This document shows, piece by piece, positions 18,917-28,100 of a stretch of 64,000 nucleotides of DNA. The notes under the pieces were generated by a model. The model saw only the letters and a program-made list of their open reading frames with translations, was not told the DNA's origin and did not search any database. Numbering within the stretch: the stretch's first letter is position 1; each line of letters starts with the position of its first letter. Both the position numbers and the translations under genes were made by a program. Origin of the DNA: Rhodobiaceae bacterium. GTDB taxonomy: Bacteria; Pseudomonadota; Alphaproteobacteria; Rhizobiales; G965224185. The DNA lies in the NCBI GenBank assembly GCA_965224185.1, contig OZ245042.1, positions 4,804,620 through 4,868,619 of the forward strand, read 5' to 3'.

Positions 18917-19214
18917 TTTGATCGATTCCAAGGCTAATGCGTGTCGATCCGCGACGTGAGGCCGCATAATTAGTCAGCCTGCTTTAATAATTTAGTCAAT
19001 ATACTTTATCAACTCCACGAACTGACACGATTGAGAGACTGAAAGATACGGCTTCCCGGCGGATCTGGCGTAAATTGACCGACAAATACGTTCGGCAATG
19101 TGCCGAATAATGAGAAAGATCGGGAGGCGACCCGCTGATGCAGCGGTTCCATCAGCCAATATCTATGCATCGCCCGGAAATCGACGCCGATTGCTTGCCG
19201 TGGACAATCGGTCG

Positions 19215-20228
19215 ATGAGACGGTTTTTCGAAAGACACCCGCTGTGGACGTTGGTGATCGTGCTTGCCGTTGCGATCGTCATCTGGATGATCTTCGCGGT
19301 CTGGCCGAAGGGCTTTGTCGCCGTCTTCGGCAAGAAGAAGGTATTCCTGAGCGCCTTGTTCAACGGCATCACGCTAGGCGGGCTCTATTTCCTGGTCGCC
19401 AGCGGGTTTACCCTGATCTTCGGTCTGATGCGCAATGTCAATCTGGCCCATGGCTCGCTTTATCTGCTGGGCGGCTATATCGGCTTCGAAATCGCCGACT
19501 GGACCGGCTGGTGGGTGCCGAGTTTCATCGTCGCTTTCATCGCCGTCGCGGCGGTCGGCGCCGTCCTGCAGGTGGTGGTGTTCCGGCGCATGGAGGGCGA
19601 AGACCTGCGGCAGACCCTGGTGACGATCGGTATTTCGATCGTGCTTGCCGACCTGATGCTGTGGATCTGGGGCGGCGATTTCTATCAGATCCTGACGCCG
19701 GACTGGCTGTCCGGTCCGGTACAACTACCGCTGATGACCGGTGTCAAGCGATCCACCGGTGATGCCATCTGGTTGAAATATCCGATTGTCCGCCTTGTGA
19801 TTTTCGCCGCCTCGGTGGGGGTCGGCATCCTCATGTGGCTGGTGCTCAACCGCACGCGCATCGGTATGCTGGTCCGCGCCGGTGTCGACGACCGCGACAT
19901 GCTGGCGGCCTCCGGCGTGCGCATCCAATTCGTATTTCTCGCCGTATTCGCTTTCGGCGCCGGACTTGCCGGGGTTGCCGGTGTCGTCGGCGCGACGTTC
20001 CAGTCCCTCGCGCCCGGTGAGGATACAAGGTTCCTGCTGGCCTCCCTGGTGGTGGTCATTGTCGGTGGTATGGGGTCGATTCCCGGTGCCGCGCTCGGGG
20101 CCTTGCTGATCGGTGTCGCCGAGCAGTTCGGTTCCGTCTACATGCCGACCTACTCGGTGGTCCTGACCTTTCTGATCATGGTCCTAGTCCTGGCCTTTCG
20201 GCCGCAGGGCCTGCTGCGGGGGCGCTGA
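19215..20228 (+). CDS. Branched-chain amino acid-type ABC permease (LivH-like) with extra N-terminal TM segment
   Basis: Motifs LFNGITLGGLYFLVASGFTLIFGLMRNVNLAHGS. The start was chosen at MRRFFERHPLW. About 50 aa of N-terminal hydrophobic extension precede the canonical LivH core. Confidence 0.75.
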   Translation: MRRFFERHPLWTLVIVLAVAIVIWMIFAVWPKGFVAVFGKKKVFLSALFNGITLGGLYFLVASGFTLIFGLMRNVNLAHGSLYLLGGYIGFEIADWTGWWVPSFIVAFIAVAAVGAVLQVVVFRRMEGEDLRQTLVTIGISIVLADLMLWIWGGDFYQILTPDWLSGPVQLPLMTGVKRSTGDAIWLKYPIVRLVIFAASVGVGILMWLVLNRTRIGMLVRAGVDDRDMLAASGVRIQFVFLAVFAFGAGLAGVAGVVGATFQSLAPGEDTRFLLASLVVVIVGGMGSIPGAALGALLIGVAEQFGSVYMPTYSVVLTFLIMVLVLAFRPQGLLRGR

Positions 20229-20230
20229 CC

Positions 20231-21316
20231 ATGGCCGTTGCCGAGGAAACGGGTCGCACGCCCTCCGGTTCGTCGCAGGCATCCGATACCAGGTCGGACT
20301 GGGTGGGCGGCGTGCATCCGGTGGTCTGGCTGGTTGTCGCGATTTTGCTATTCATGCCCGCATTCGCCGGAAACTTCGTGCTGTTTCAGATCTTCGGCTG
20401 GTCGTTCATTCTGGGCATGATCTCGCTGAGCCTGATGTTCCTTGCCGGCTATGGCGGCATGGTCAGCCTGGTGCAGATGACGGTCGCCGGGTGCGCCGGC
20501 TATATGCTGGCGATTTTCGGTACCAGCGCCATCACCGATATCAGCCTGGGCTGGCCGTGGTGGGTGACGATCCCCATCGCCATCATCATCGCCACCGGTT
20601 TCGGCACCATTTCCGGCGCGCTCGCGGTGCGCACGGAGGGCATCTACACGATCATGATCACGCTGGCGATCGCCGCGGCCTTCTTTTATTTCACCCGTCA
20701 GAACTACGTGATCTTCAATGGCTTCAGCGGATTTAACGGCGTGCTGCCGCCGAAATTGTTCGGCGTCGACTGGCGGCAACCGATCCCGTTTTACTATCTC
20801 ACCCTGTTCTTCGCCGGCGCCAGCCTGTTGGCGGTGATCTACGTGTCGCGGTCGCCCTTCGGCATGGCGCTGCAAGGGGTGCGCGACAATGCACGGCGCA
20901 TGGAGGCGCTCGGCTTCAACGTGACGGCCCACCGCATCGCCGCCTATACATTCGCCGCGATCATCGCGTCGGTCGGCGGCATCCTGCTGGTCTGGTTGAA
21001 TGCCCAGATATCGCCGGGCACGGCCGGCATCGGCCCGGCGATCGACATCCTCATCATCGCCGTGGTCGGCGGTCTCGGACATCCGGTCGGCGCCTTTATC
21101 GGCGCCTTCATCTATGTGCTTTTGCGCACATTTGCCCTCGATGTCCTGGTGTCCCTGGGGCTTGCCGGCGAACGCTTCCAATTGCTGATCGGCCTCGGCT
21201 TTCTGGTCATCGTGTTTTTCTCGCCGGACGGGGTTCTCGGCCTGTGGCAGCGCTGGCGGGCCTGGTCGCGGCGATCGTCGAGCTATCTGCGCGTCCCGTC
21301 GGGAGACGACAAGTGA
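20231..21316 (+). CDS. Branched-chain amino acid-type ABC permease (LivM-like)
   Basis: 361-aa polytopic membrane protein starting 3 nt after the LivH-like stop. It contains GYGGMVSLVQMTVAGCAGY and ALGFNV motifs. Confidence 0.8.
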   Translation: MAVAEETGRTPSGSSQASDTRSDWVGGVHPVVWLVVAILLFMPAFAGNFVLFQIFGWSFILGMISLSLMFLAGYGGMVSLVQMTVAGCAGYMLAIFGTSAITDISLGWPWWVTIPIAIIIATGFGTISGALAVRTEGIYTIMITLAIAAAFFYFTRQNYVIFNGFSGFNGVLPPKLFGVDWRQPIPFYYLTLFFAGASLLAVIYVSRSPFGMALQGVRDNARRMEALGFNVTAHRIAAYTFAAIIASVGGILLVWLNAQISPGTAGIGPAIDILIIAVVGGLGHPVGAFIGAFIYVLLRTFALDVLVSLGLAGERFQLLIGLGFLVIVFFSPDGVLGLWQRWRAWSRRSSSYLRVPSGDDK

Positions 21317-22098
21317 TGGTCGACGTCTCGCAAAGACTGGCCTCGACAGGCAGCGGCAATGCGCTGGAACTGCGCGGGGTGACCCGCATGTTCGGTGCGC
21401 TGGCGGCGCTCAGCGACGTGACGATCAATGTGCGGCCGGGCGAGCGGCGCGGCGTGCTCGGGTCCAATGGCGCCGGCAAGACGACCCTGTTCAATTGCAT
21501 CACCGGCGACTTCCTGCCGACATCGGGAACGATCCGGTTTTTCGGCGAGGACGTGACCGTGTTCCCGCCCCATGAGCGGATCCGGCGCGGGCTGCGGCGC
21601 ACTTATCAGATCTCGTTGCTGTTTAACGGATTGTCGGTCTTCGACAATGTGTATCTCGCCTGTCGCGGCGTCTCTCGCGGCCGCTTTTCCATGATCCGAC
21701 CCCGGAGGTCTGATGCGTTGATGCATTCGGCGGAAGAGCTGGTGGCCGCGGTGCATCTGTCGGGCGTCAAGGACCAGAAAGTGTCGGAGCTGAGCTACGG
21801 TCAGCAACGGCAGCTTGAGATCGCCCTGGCGCTATCGGGGGCGCCCCGCTTCATCCTGTTTGACGAACCGGCCGCCGGATTGTCGCCGGCCGAACGCGCC
21901 GAACTGATCGAGATCCTGACCAATCTGCCGGACCATATCGGCTACATCATCATCGAGCACGACATGGACGTGGCCCTGCGCGTGGTCGAAAGCGTGACCA
22001 TGATGCATAACGGCGCCATCTTCAAGGAAGGCCGGCCCGACGAGATCGAGTCCGATCCGGAAGTGCAGGCGCTTTATCTTGGGGGTGGCCATGAGTGA
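21316..22098 (+). CDS. ABC transporter ATP-binding protein (LivG-like)
   Basis: Walker A is GSNGAGKTT, the signature is LSYGQQRQLEIA and Walker B is FILFDEPAAGL. The ATG overlaps the upstream stop (GTGATG). Confidence 0.85.
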   Translation: MVDVSQRLASTGSGNALELRGVTRMFGALAALSDVTINVRPGERRGVLGSNGAGKTTLFNCITGDFLPTSGTIRFFGEDVTVFPPHERIRRGLRRTYQISLLFNGLSVFDNVYLACRGVSRGRFSMIRPRRSDALMHSAEELVAAVHLSGVKDQKVSELSYGQQRQLEIALALSGAPRFILFDEPAAGLSPAERAELIEILTNLPDHIGYIIIEHDMDVALRVVESVTMMHNGAIFKEGRPDEIESDPEVQALYLGGGHE

Positions 22099-24304
22099 GC
22101 GCGGGCAGGGAACCAGCCGCTCTCCGGTGCTCCAGGTGCGCGGGCTCAATGTCTATTACGGCCATTCCCACGCCCTGCAAGGTGTCGACCTGATCCTCGA
22201 TCACGGCATCCTGTCGGTGGTCGGCCGCAACGGCATGGGCAAGACCACCCTGTGTCAGGCGATCATGGGGCTGGTGCCGGTTTCCAGCGGTTCGATCTCC
22301 TTCGCCGGTCAGGGCCTTGTCGGGCAAAACCCGGCGGCGATCGCACAATTGGGTATTGGTTATGTGCCCCAGGGGCGGCGGCTATGGCCGTCGCTGACTG
22401 TCGATGAGCATTTGCGGCTCACATCCGGCGGCCACAAGGGCGCTTGGACTATCGAACGCATCTACGACCAGTTCCCAAGACTAGCCGAACGCAAGAATAA
22501 TGGCGGCGGGCAATTGTCCGGCGGCGAACAGCAGATGCTGGCGATATCGCGCGCCTTGCTACTCAATCCGCGCCTTCTGGTGATGGACGAGCCGACGGAA
22601 GGCCTGGCTCCGGTCATCGTCAACCAGGTGGAGGAGATGCTCCTGCATCTGGGCGATGAGGGCGACATCTCGGTTCTGCTGATCGAGCAGAATATCGGCG
22701 TTGCCACCGAAATCTCCGAACAGGTGGCGATCATGGTCAATGGTCGCGTCAACCGGGTGATGGATGCAAGCCGGCTGGCGGCCGATCGCGACCTGCAACA
22801 GCGCTTACTCGGTGTCGGCCGGCACGGTGAGGACGACGGCGACGAGATCGACACCGATGTCGCTGCCGCGGCGACACCAGAAGCGCGCCGCGGTCCGACA
22901 AAGATCTATATGTCCAATCCGAAACCGCCGACCCGCTGGTCGCAACCGGTATCGGCGGCGCGCATCGAATCGGCCGCGCGCACCCAATCGAGCGCATCCA
23001 TCCTGCCATTCTCGGCGGATGTGGCCGCGGAGATCCGCCCGCTTTCCGGGATTGGCGAGTCGGTTGTCCTGGTTGCCGGCACCCTCGATACCAAGGGCGC
23101 GGAACTGCGCTATATCCGCGACATTCTCAAAGCCGCCGGCGTGCGCACCCGCATGGTGGACCTGTCGACCAGCGGCAAGCCGTCAGGCGCCGATATCCCG
23201 CCGCATCAGATCGCAGCATACTCACCCGGCGGTCCAAACGCGGTATTCGGCAATGATCGCGGGTCCTCTGTGGCGGCGATGACCGAGGCCTTCGAGGCCT
23301 GGATCAAGCGCCAGAGCGGCATTGCCGGCATCATTTCCGCCGGCGGATCGGGCGGGACGACCATGGCGACGCCGGCCATGCGCTCGTTGCCGGTCGGCAT
23401 TCCCAAGGTCATGATCTCCACCGTCGCGTCAGGCAGCGTCGGCCAATATGTGGGGCCGGCCGATATCATGATGATGCATTCGGTCGCCGACGTTCAGGGC
23501 CTGAATTCCATCACCCGGCAGGTGCTTGCCAATGGCGCTCAGGCCATGGCCGGCATGGTCAAGGCGCGGGCAGCCGGCGAGCCCGCCACCAGCGGACGGC
23601 GTCACGCGGCGCCGGACCTTCCCGCCATCGGCCTTACCATGTTCGGCGTGACCACGACCTGCGTGCAGCAGGTCACGGCAGCGTTGGAGAGCGACTACGA
23701 TTGCCTGGTATTTCACGCTACCGGCATCGGCGGGCAGTCGATGGAAAAGCTGATCGACAGCGGCATGCTGAGCGGTGTCATCGACATCACCACCACGGAA
23801 ATCTGCGACATGCTGGTGGGCGGCGTGTTTCCGGCAACCGAAGACCGGTTCGGCGCCGTGATCCGCGCCCGCATGCCCTATATCGGGTCCTGCGGCGCCC
23901 TGGACATGGTCAATTTCAACGCCCTGGACACGGTGCCGGAGCGGTTCCGCGACCGCAATCTCTACCAGCACAATCCGCATGTCACGCTGATGCGCACGAC
24001 GCCGGCGGAATGCCAGGAAATCGGCCACTGGATCGGCGAAAAGCTGAACCTGATGGATGGCCCGGTGCGGTTTTTCCTGCCGGAAGGCGGCGTCTCGGCG
24101 ATCGATGTGCCCGGTCAGCCCTTTCACGATCCCGAAGCAGACGCGGCTTTGTTCCAGGCGCTGGAATCGACCGTTATCCAGACCGGCAACCGGCAGCTCA
24201 TCCGGCTGCCGCACAACATCAACGATCCGCAATTCTCAGACGCCCTGGTGGAGGCCTTCCGGTCACTGCAGCGGGGCCGCTCCGGACAATCCTTGGGACG
24301 ATAG
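22091..24304 (+). CDS. Fusion protein: LivF-like ABC ATPase + linker + UPF0261 (Tm-1 N-terminal-like) ATP-binding domain
   Basis: The N-terminal ~245 aa carry Walker A GRNGMGKTT, signature LSGGEQQMLAISRAL and Walker B LLVMDEPTEGL. A linker of about 80 aa follows. The C-terminal region then shows VVLVAGTLDTKGAELRYIRD ... ISAGGSGGT ... LVFHATGIGGQSME, typical of UPF0261. Confidence 0.75.
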   Translation: MSERGQGTSRSPVLQVRGLNVYYGHSHALQGVDLILDHGILSVVGRNGMGKTTLCQAIMGLVPVSSGSISFAGQGLVGQNPAAIAQLGIGYVPQGRRLWPSLTVDEHLRLTSGGHKGAWTIERIYDQFPRLAERKNNGGGQLSGGEQQMLAISRALLLNPRLLVMDEPTEGLAPVIVNQVEEMLLHLGDEGDISVLLIEQNIGVATEISEQVAIMVNGRVNRVMDASRLAADRDLQQRLLGVGRHGEDDGDEIDTDVAAAATPEARRGPTKIYMSNPKPPTRWSQPVSAARIESAARTQSSASILPFSADVAAEIRPLSGIGESVVLVAGTLDTKGAELRYIRDILKAAGVRTRMVDLSTSGKPSGADIPPHQIAAYSPGGPNAVFGNDRGSSVAAMTEAFEAWIKRQSGIAGIISAGGSGGTTMATPAMRSLPVGIPKVMISTVASGSVGQYVGPADIMMMHSVADVQGLNSITRQVLANGAQAMAGMVKARAAGEPATSGRRHAAPDLPAIGLTMFGVTTTCVQQVTAALESDYDCLVFHATGIGGQSMEKLIDSGMLSGVIDITTTEICDMLVGGVFPATEDRFGAVIRARMPYIGSCGALDMVNFNALDTVPERFRDRNLYQHNPHVTLMRTTPAECQEIGHWIGEKLNLMDGPVRFFLPEGGVSAIDVPGQPFHDPEADAALFQALESTVIQTGNRQLIRLPHNINDPQFSDALVEAFRSLQRGRSGQSLGR

Positions 24305-24307
24305 GGC

Positions 24308-25135
24308 ATGGTTTCTCGCAGCGAATTGGTGGCCAAATATCGCGACATGATCGCTCGCGGCGAACCGATTGTCGGCGGCGGCGCCGGCACCGGCCTGTCG
24401 GCCAAATGCGAGGAAGCCGGCGGCATCGACCTGATCGTTATCTACAATTCCGGCCGCTACCGCATGGCCGGACGCGGCTCGCTCGCTGGCCTGATGCCCT
24501 ATGGGGATGCCAACCAGATCGTCATGGAGATGGCGGCCGAAGTGCTGCCGGTGGTGCGCCACACGCCGGTGCTTGCCGGTGTCTGCGGGACCGATCCGTT
24601 CAGGCTGATGGACGTCTTCCTGGATCAGGTGAAGGCGACCGGATTTTCCGGCGTGCAGAACTTTCCAACCGTCGGCCTGATCGACGGCATCATGCGCGCC
24701 AATCTGGAAGAGACCGGCATGTCCTACGGCCTGGAGGTCGACATGATCGCCAAGGCCCGGGAGAAGGATCTGCTGACCACGCCTTACGTGTTCAGCGCCG
24801 ATGACGCTGAAGCCATGGCCAAGGCCGGGGCGGATATCATCGTCTGCCATTTCGGATTGACCACCGGTGGCGCCATTGGAGCGGAAACGGCGGTCAAGCT
24901 GGAAGACTGCCCGGAGATCGCCAGCGAATGGGCGGAGGCGGCGCTCAAGGTCAACAAAGATATCATCGTTCTCGTACATGGCGGCCCGGTATCGATGCCG
25001 GAAGACGCCGAATATGTGCTGAAACACATGGACACTTGCCACGGCTTTTACGGCGCCTCCTCGATGGAACGGCTGCCGACGGAAGTGGCGCTGACGGAAC
25101 AAACACGGAAATTCAAACAAATCAGCCGCGGCTGA
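24308..25135 (+). CDS. Phosphoenolpyruvate hydrolase-like / TIM-barrel signal-transduction family protein (Tm-1 C-terminal-like)
   Basis: 275 aa. It contains [47 protein letters not shown] and [16 protein letters not shown] motifs. It starts 4 nt after the UPF0261 fusion ORF. Confidence 0.75.
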   Translation: MVSRSELVAKYRDMIARGEPIVGGGAGTGLSAKCEEAGGIDLIVIYNSGRYRMAGRGSLAGLMPYGDANQIVMEMAAEVLPVVRHTPVLAGVCGTDPFRLMDVFLDQVKATGFSGVQNFPTVGLIDGIMRANLEETGMSYGLEVDMIAKAREKDLLTTPYVFSADDAEAMAKAGADIIVCHFGLTTGGAIGAETAVKLEDCPEIASEWAEAALKVNKDIIVLVHGGPVSMPEDAEYVLKHMDTCHGFYGASSMERLPTEVALTEQTRKFKQISRG

Positions 25136-25184
25136 TTGCAGGCGGCTCGCGCAAGCCGCGGGCCGGACGACGGGAGGAAGAACA

Positions 25185-28100
25185 ATGTCAGCAGGTCAGT
25201 TGATCGGTTCGCTCATCTTATGGCTGATCATTGCGGTGATCGTGATCGCGATCATTTATTGGGTGATGAACTGGCTCTACCGGCGCTCGACGAAGGAAGT
25301 CTCCTTCGTGCGCACCGGCTTGCGCGGCGAAAAGGTGGTCATCAATGGTGGCGCCTTCGTCTGGCCGATCATCCATGACATCACGCCCGTCAATATGAAC
25401 GTGTTGCAGATGGAGGTGATCCGCGATCGCGAGGACGCCCTGATCACCAAGGACCGCATGCGCGTCGATGTGGAGGCTGAATTCTATGTGCGCGTGGCGC
25501 CGACCAAGGAGGCCGTCGCCGTCGCCGCCGCCACATTGGGCCGCCGCACCATGGAGCAGGAACGGCTGCATGCGCTGCTTTCGGGCAAGTTCATTTCCGC
25601 CCTACGCTCCACCGCCGCCGAAATGACAATCGAGGAAATGCACGAGCAGCGCGGCGACTATGTCAGTCGCGTCAAGGAGGCGGTCGGCGAGGCATTGGCG
25701 CAAAATGGTCTGGAACTGGAATCGGTGGCGATCACGGATATCGACCAGACCGACCTGGAATTCTTCAATCCGTCCAACCGGTTCGACGCCGAAGGCCTGA
25801 CCAAGCTGATCGAGGATATCGAGGCCAAGCGCAAACTGCGCAACGACATCGAACAAGATTCCATGATCAAGATCCGGGCGCGCAATCTGGAAGCGGAAAA
25901 AGAGGCCCTGGATATCGAGCGCGAAAGCGAAACCGCGCGGCTGGAACAGGAGCGGGACGTGGAAACCCGCCGCGCCGCCCAGCGCGCCGTCTTGGCCCGG
26001 GAGCGGGCGGAACGGGAAACTGAAGCCGAACGGGCGCAGATCCTGGCGCGCGAGGAGATCGAAAAGTCGCGGATCGGCAACGAGCATGCGATTTCAGAAG
26101 CCCGCATCGCGTCGGAGCGTGAGATCCGGCAGATCGAGATCGAACGTCAGCAAACGATTGAGGCCGCCGAAATTGCGTCGCGGGAACAGATCGACAAGCA
26201 GCGCATCGAACAGGAGCGCAGCGTCGCCGAGACCCGCATACTTTCAGAGCAGGAAACCCAGGCCAAGGAAATTGAACGGCGCCGGGCATTGGAGGAAGCC
26301 GAAATCGCTGCTCGCGAGGCAACCGAACAGGCACGGATTGCCCAGCAGCAGGATACCCAGCAGCGGGAAATCGAACGCACCAGGCTAATCGAACAATCCG
26401 AAATTTCCGCCCGAGAAGAAACGGAACGGGCACGGATTGCCCAAGACCGCAATCTGACCGACGCGCGTATCGAGCATGAGGAAGAAACTCGGCGCCGGGA
26501 AATCTTACGCAACCAAACGATCGAACAATCGGAAATTGCCGCCCGGGAGGCGGTTGACAAGCTGCGCATCGCCCAGGAAGCGATCGTCAATGCGGAACGG
26601 ATTGCCTCCGACAAGAAGATCCGCAATCTGGAAATCGAACGGCAAAAGGTGTTGGAGGAAGCCGAAATCGCTGCTCAGCAGGCGACCGAAGCCGCCCGCA
26701 TTGCCCGCGAAAAAACGCTATCGGCGGAACGGATCGCATCGGAACAGGAGACCCGGGGCCTGGAAATCGAGCGCAACAGGGTGCTCGACGAGGCCGGATT
26801 CGTGGCCCGCGAATCAACCGAGGCGGCGCGGATTGCCCAGGAAGTGCGCGTGCGCGCGCTGGAGATCAATCGCAACCGGACCGTGGACGAGGCGGAGATT
26901 ACTGCTCGCGAAGCGGTGGAAACAGCGCGGATCGCCCAGGAACAGAAAGTCACCGCAGAGCGCATCGCCTACGAGCGGTCCACCCGCGAACTGGAGATCG
27001 CCCGCAATGAAGCGGTTGACGCGGCCGAAATCGCCGCGCGCGAAGCCATCGACGCGGCGCGCATCGCGCAGGAAAAGAAGATCGCGGTGGAGCGGATCGC
27101 CAGCGACGAAGAAACCCAAAGCCGCGAGATCGAGCGGACCCGGGCCGTCGACGAAGCCCAGATCGCCGCCCGCGAGGCGACGGAAGCGGCCCGCATTGCA
27201 CAAGAAAAGAAGATCGCCGCCGATCGTATCGCCTCCGAAGAAGCGACCCGCAAGCGCGAGATCGCCCGCTCGCAGGCCGTGGATGCCGCCGAAATCTCGT
27301 CGGCCGAAGCGACCGAGAAAGCGCGCATCGAGCAACGCGCCCGGGTCGACGCCGACCGGATCGCCAACGAGGAAACCGTTCGCCTTGCCGAACTGGCCTC
27401 GCGCCAGGCGACGGAAGTGGCCCGCATCGGCCAGGAACAGGAAGTCAGGGCACGGGAAATCGAGCGCGAGGAGACGGTGCAATCAACCGAAATCGCGTCC
27501 CGACGTCTGGTGGAACAGGTCCGTATCGAGAAGGAGATGGAGACCTCGACCGACCGGATCGCCCGCGACGAGGAGGTCCGCAACCTGGAGATCGCCCGCA
27601 ACCGGGCCAATGATGAAGCCGAAATCGCCGCCCGCGAGGCGGTCGAGGCCGCCCGCATTTCCCAGCAGAAGGTGCTGGACGCGGAACGCATTGCTGCCGA
27701 ACAGGCGACCCGCGGCCTGGAGATCGCCCGTGAGGAAGCGATCGATGCCGCCGATATCAAGCGGCGAGACAAGGTGGAGCGCCAACGCATTTCCATGGAA
27801 CTGTCCTTGGAAAAAGACCGCATCGAATCCGCCAAGACCCGCGAAGTCATGGATATCGGCCGCAAGCGGGCCGTGGAAGAGGCCGACGAGGACCGGATCA
27901 TCGAACTGGCCGCCAAGAAGTCGGAACGGGCCGATGCCGATGCCAAGGTCAAGCAGGCCGGGATCGCCGCGCAGCGCGATGTGGAAAGCAGCGACATTGC
28001 CCGCGAACAGGCGCTGGATACAGCCAGGCTGGAACGGCGCCGGGCACTGGAACAACTGGAAATCGCCCGCCAGCAGGCCCTGCGCGAAGCCGAAATCGCC

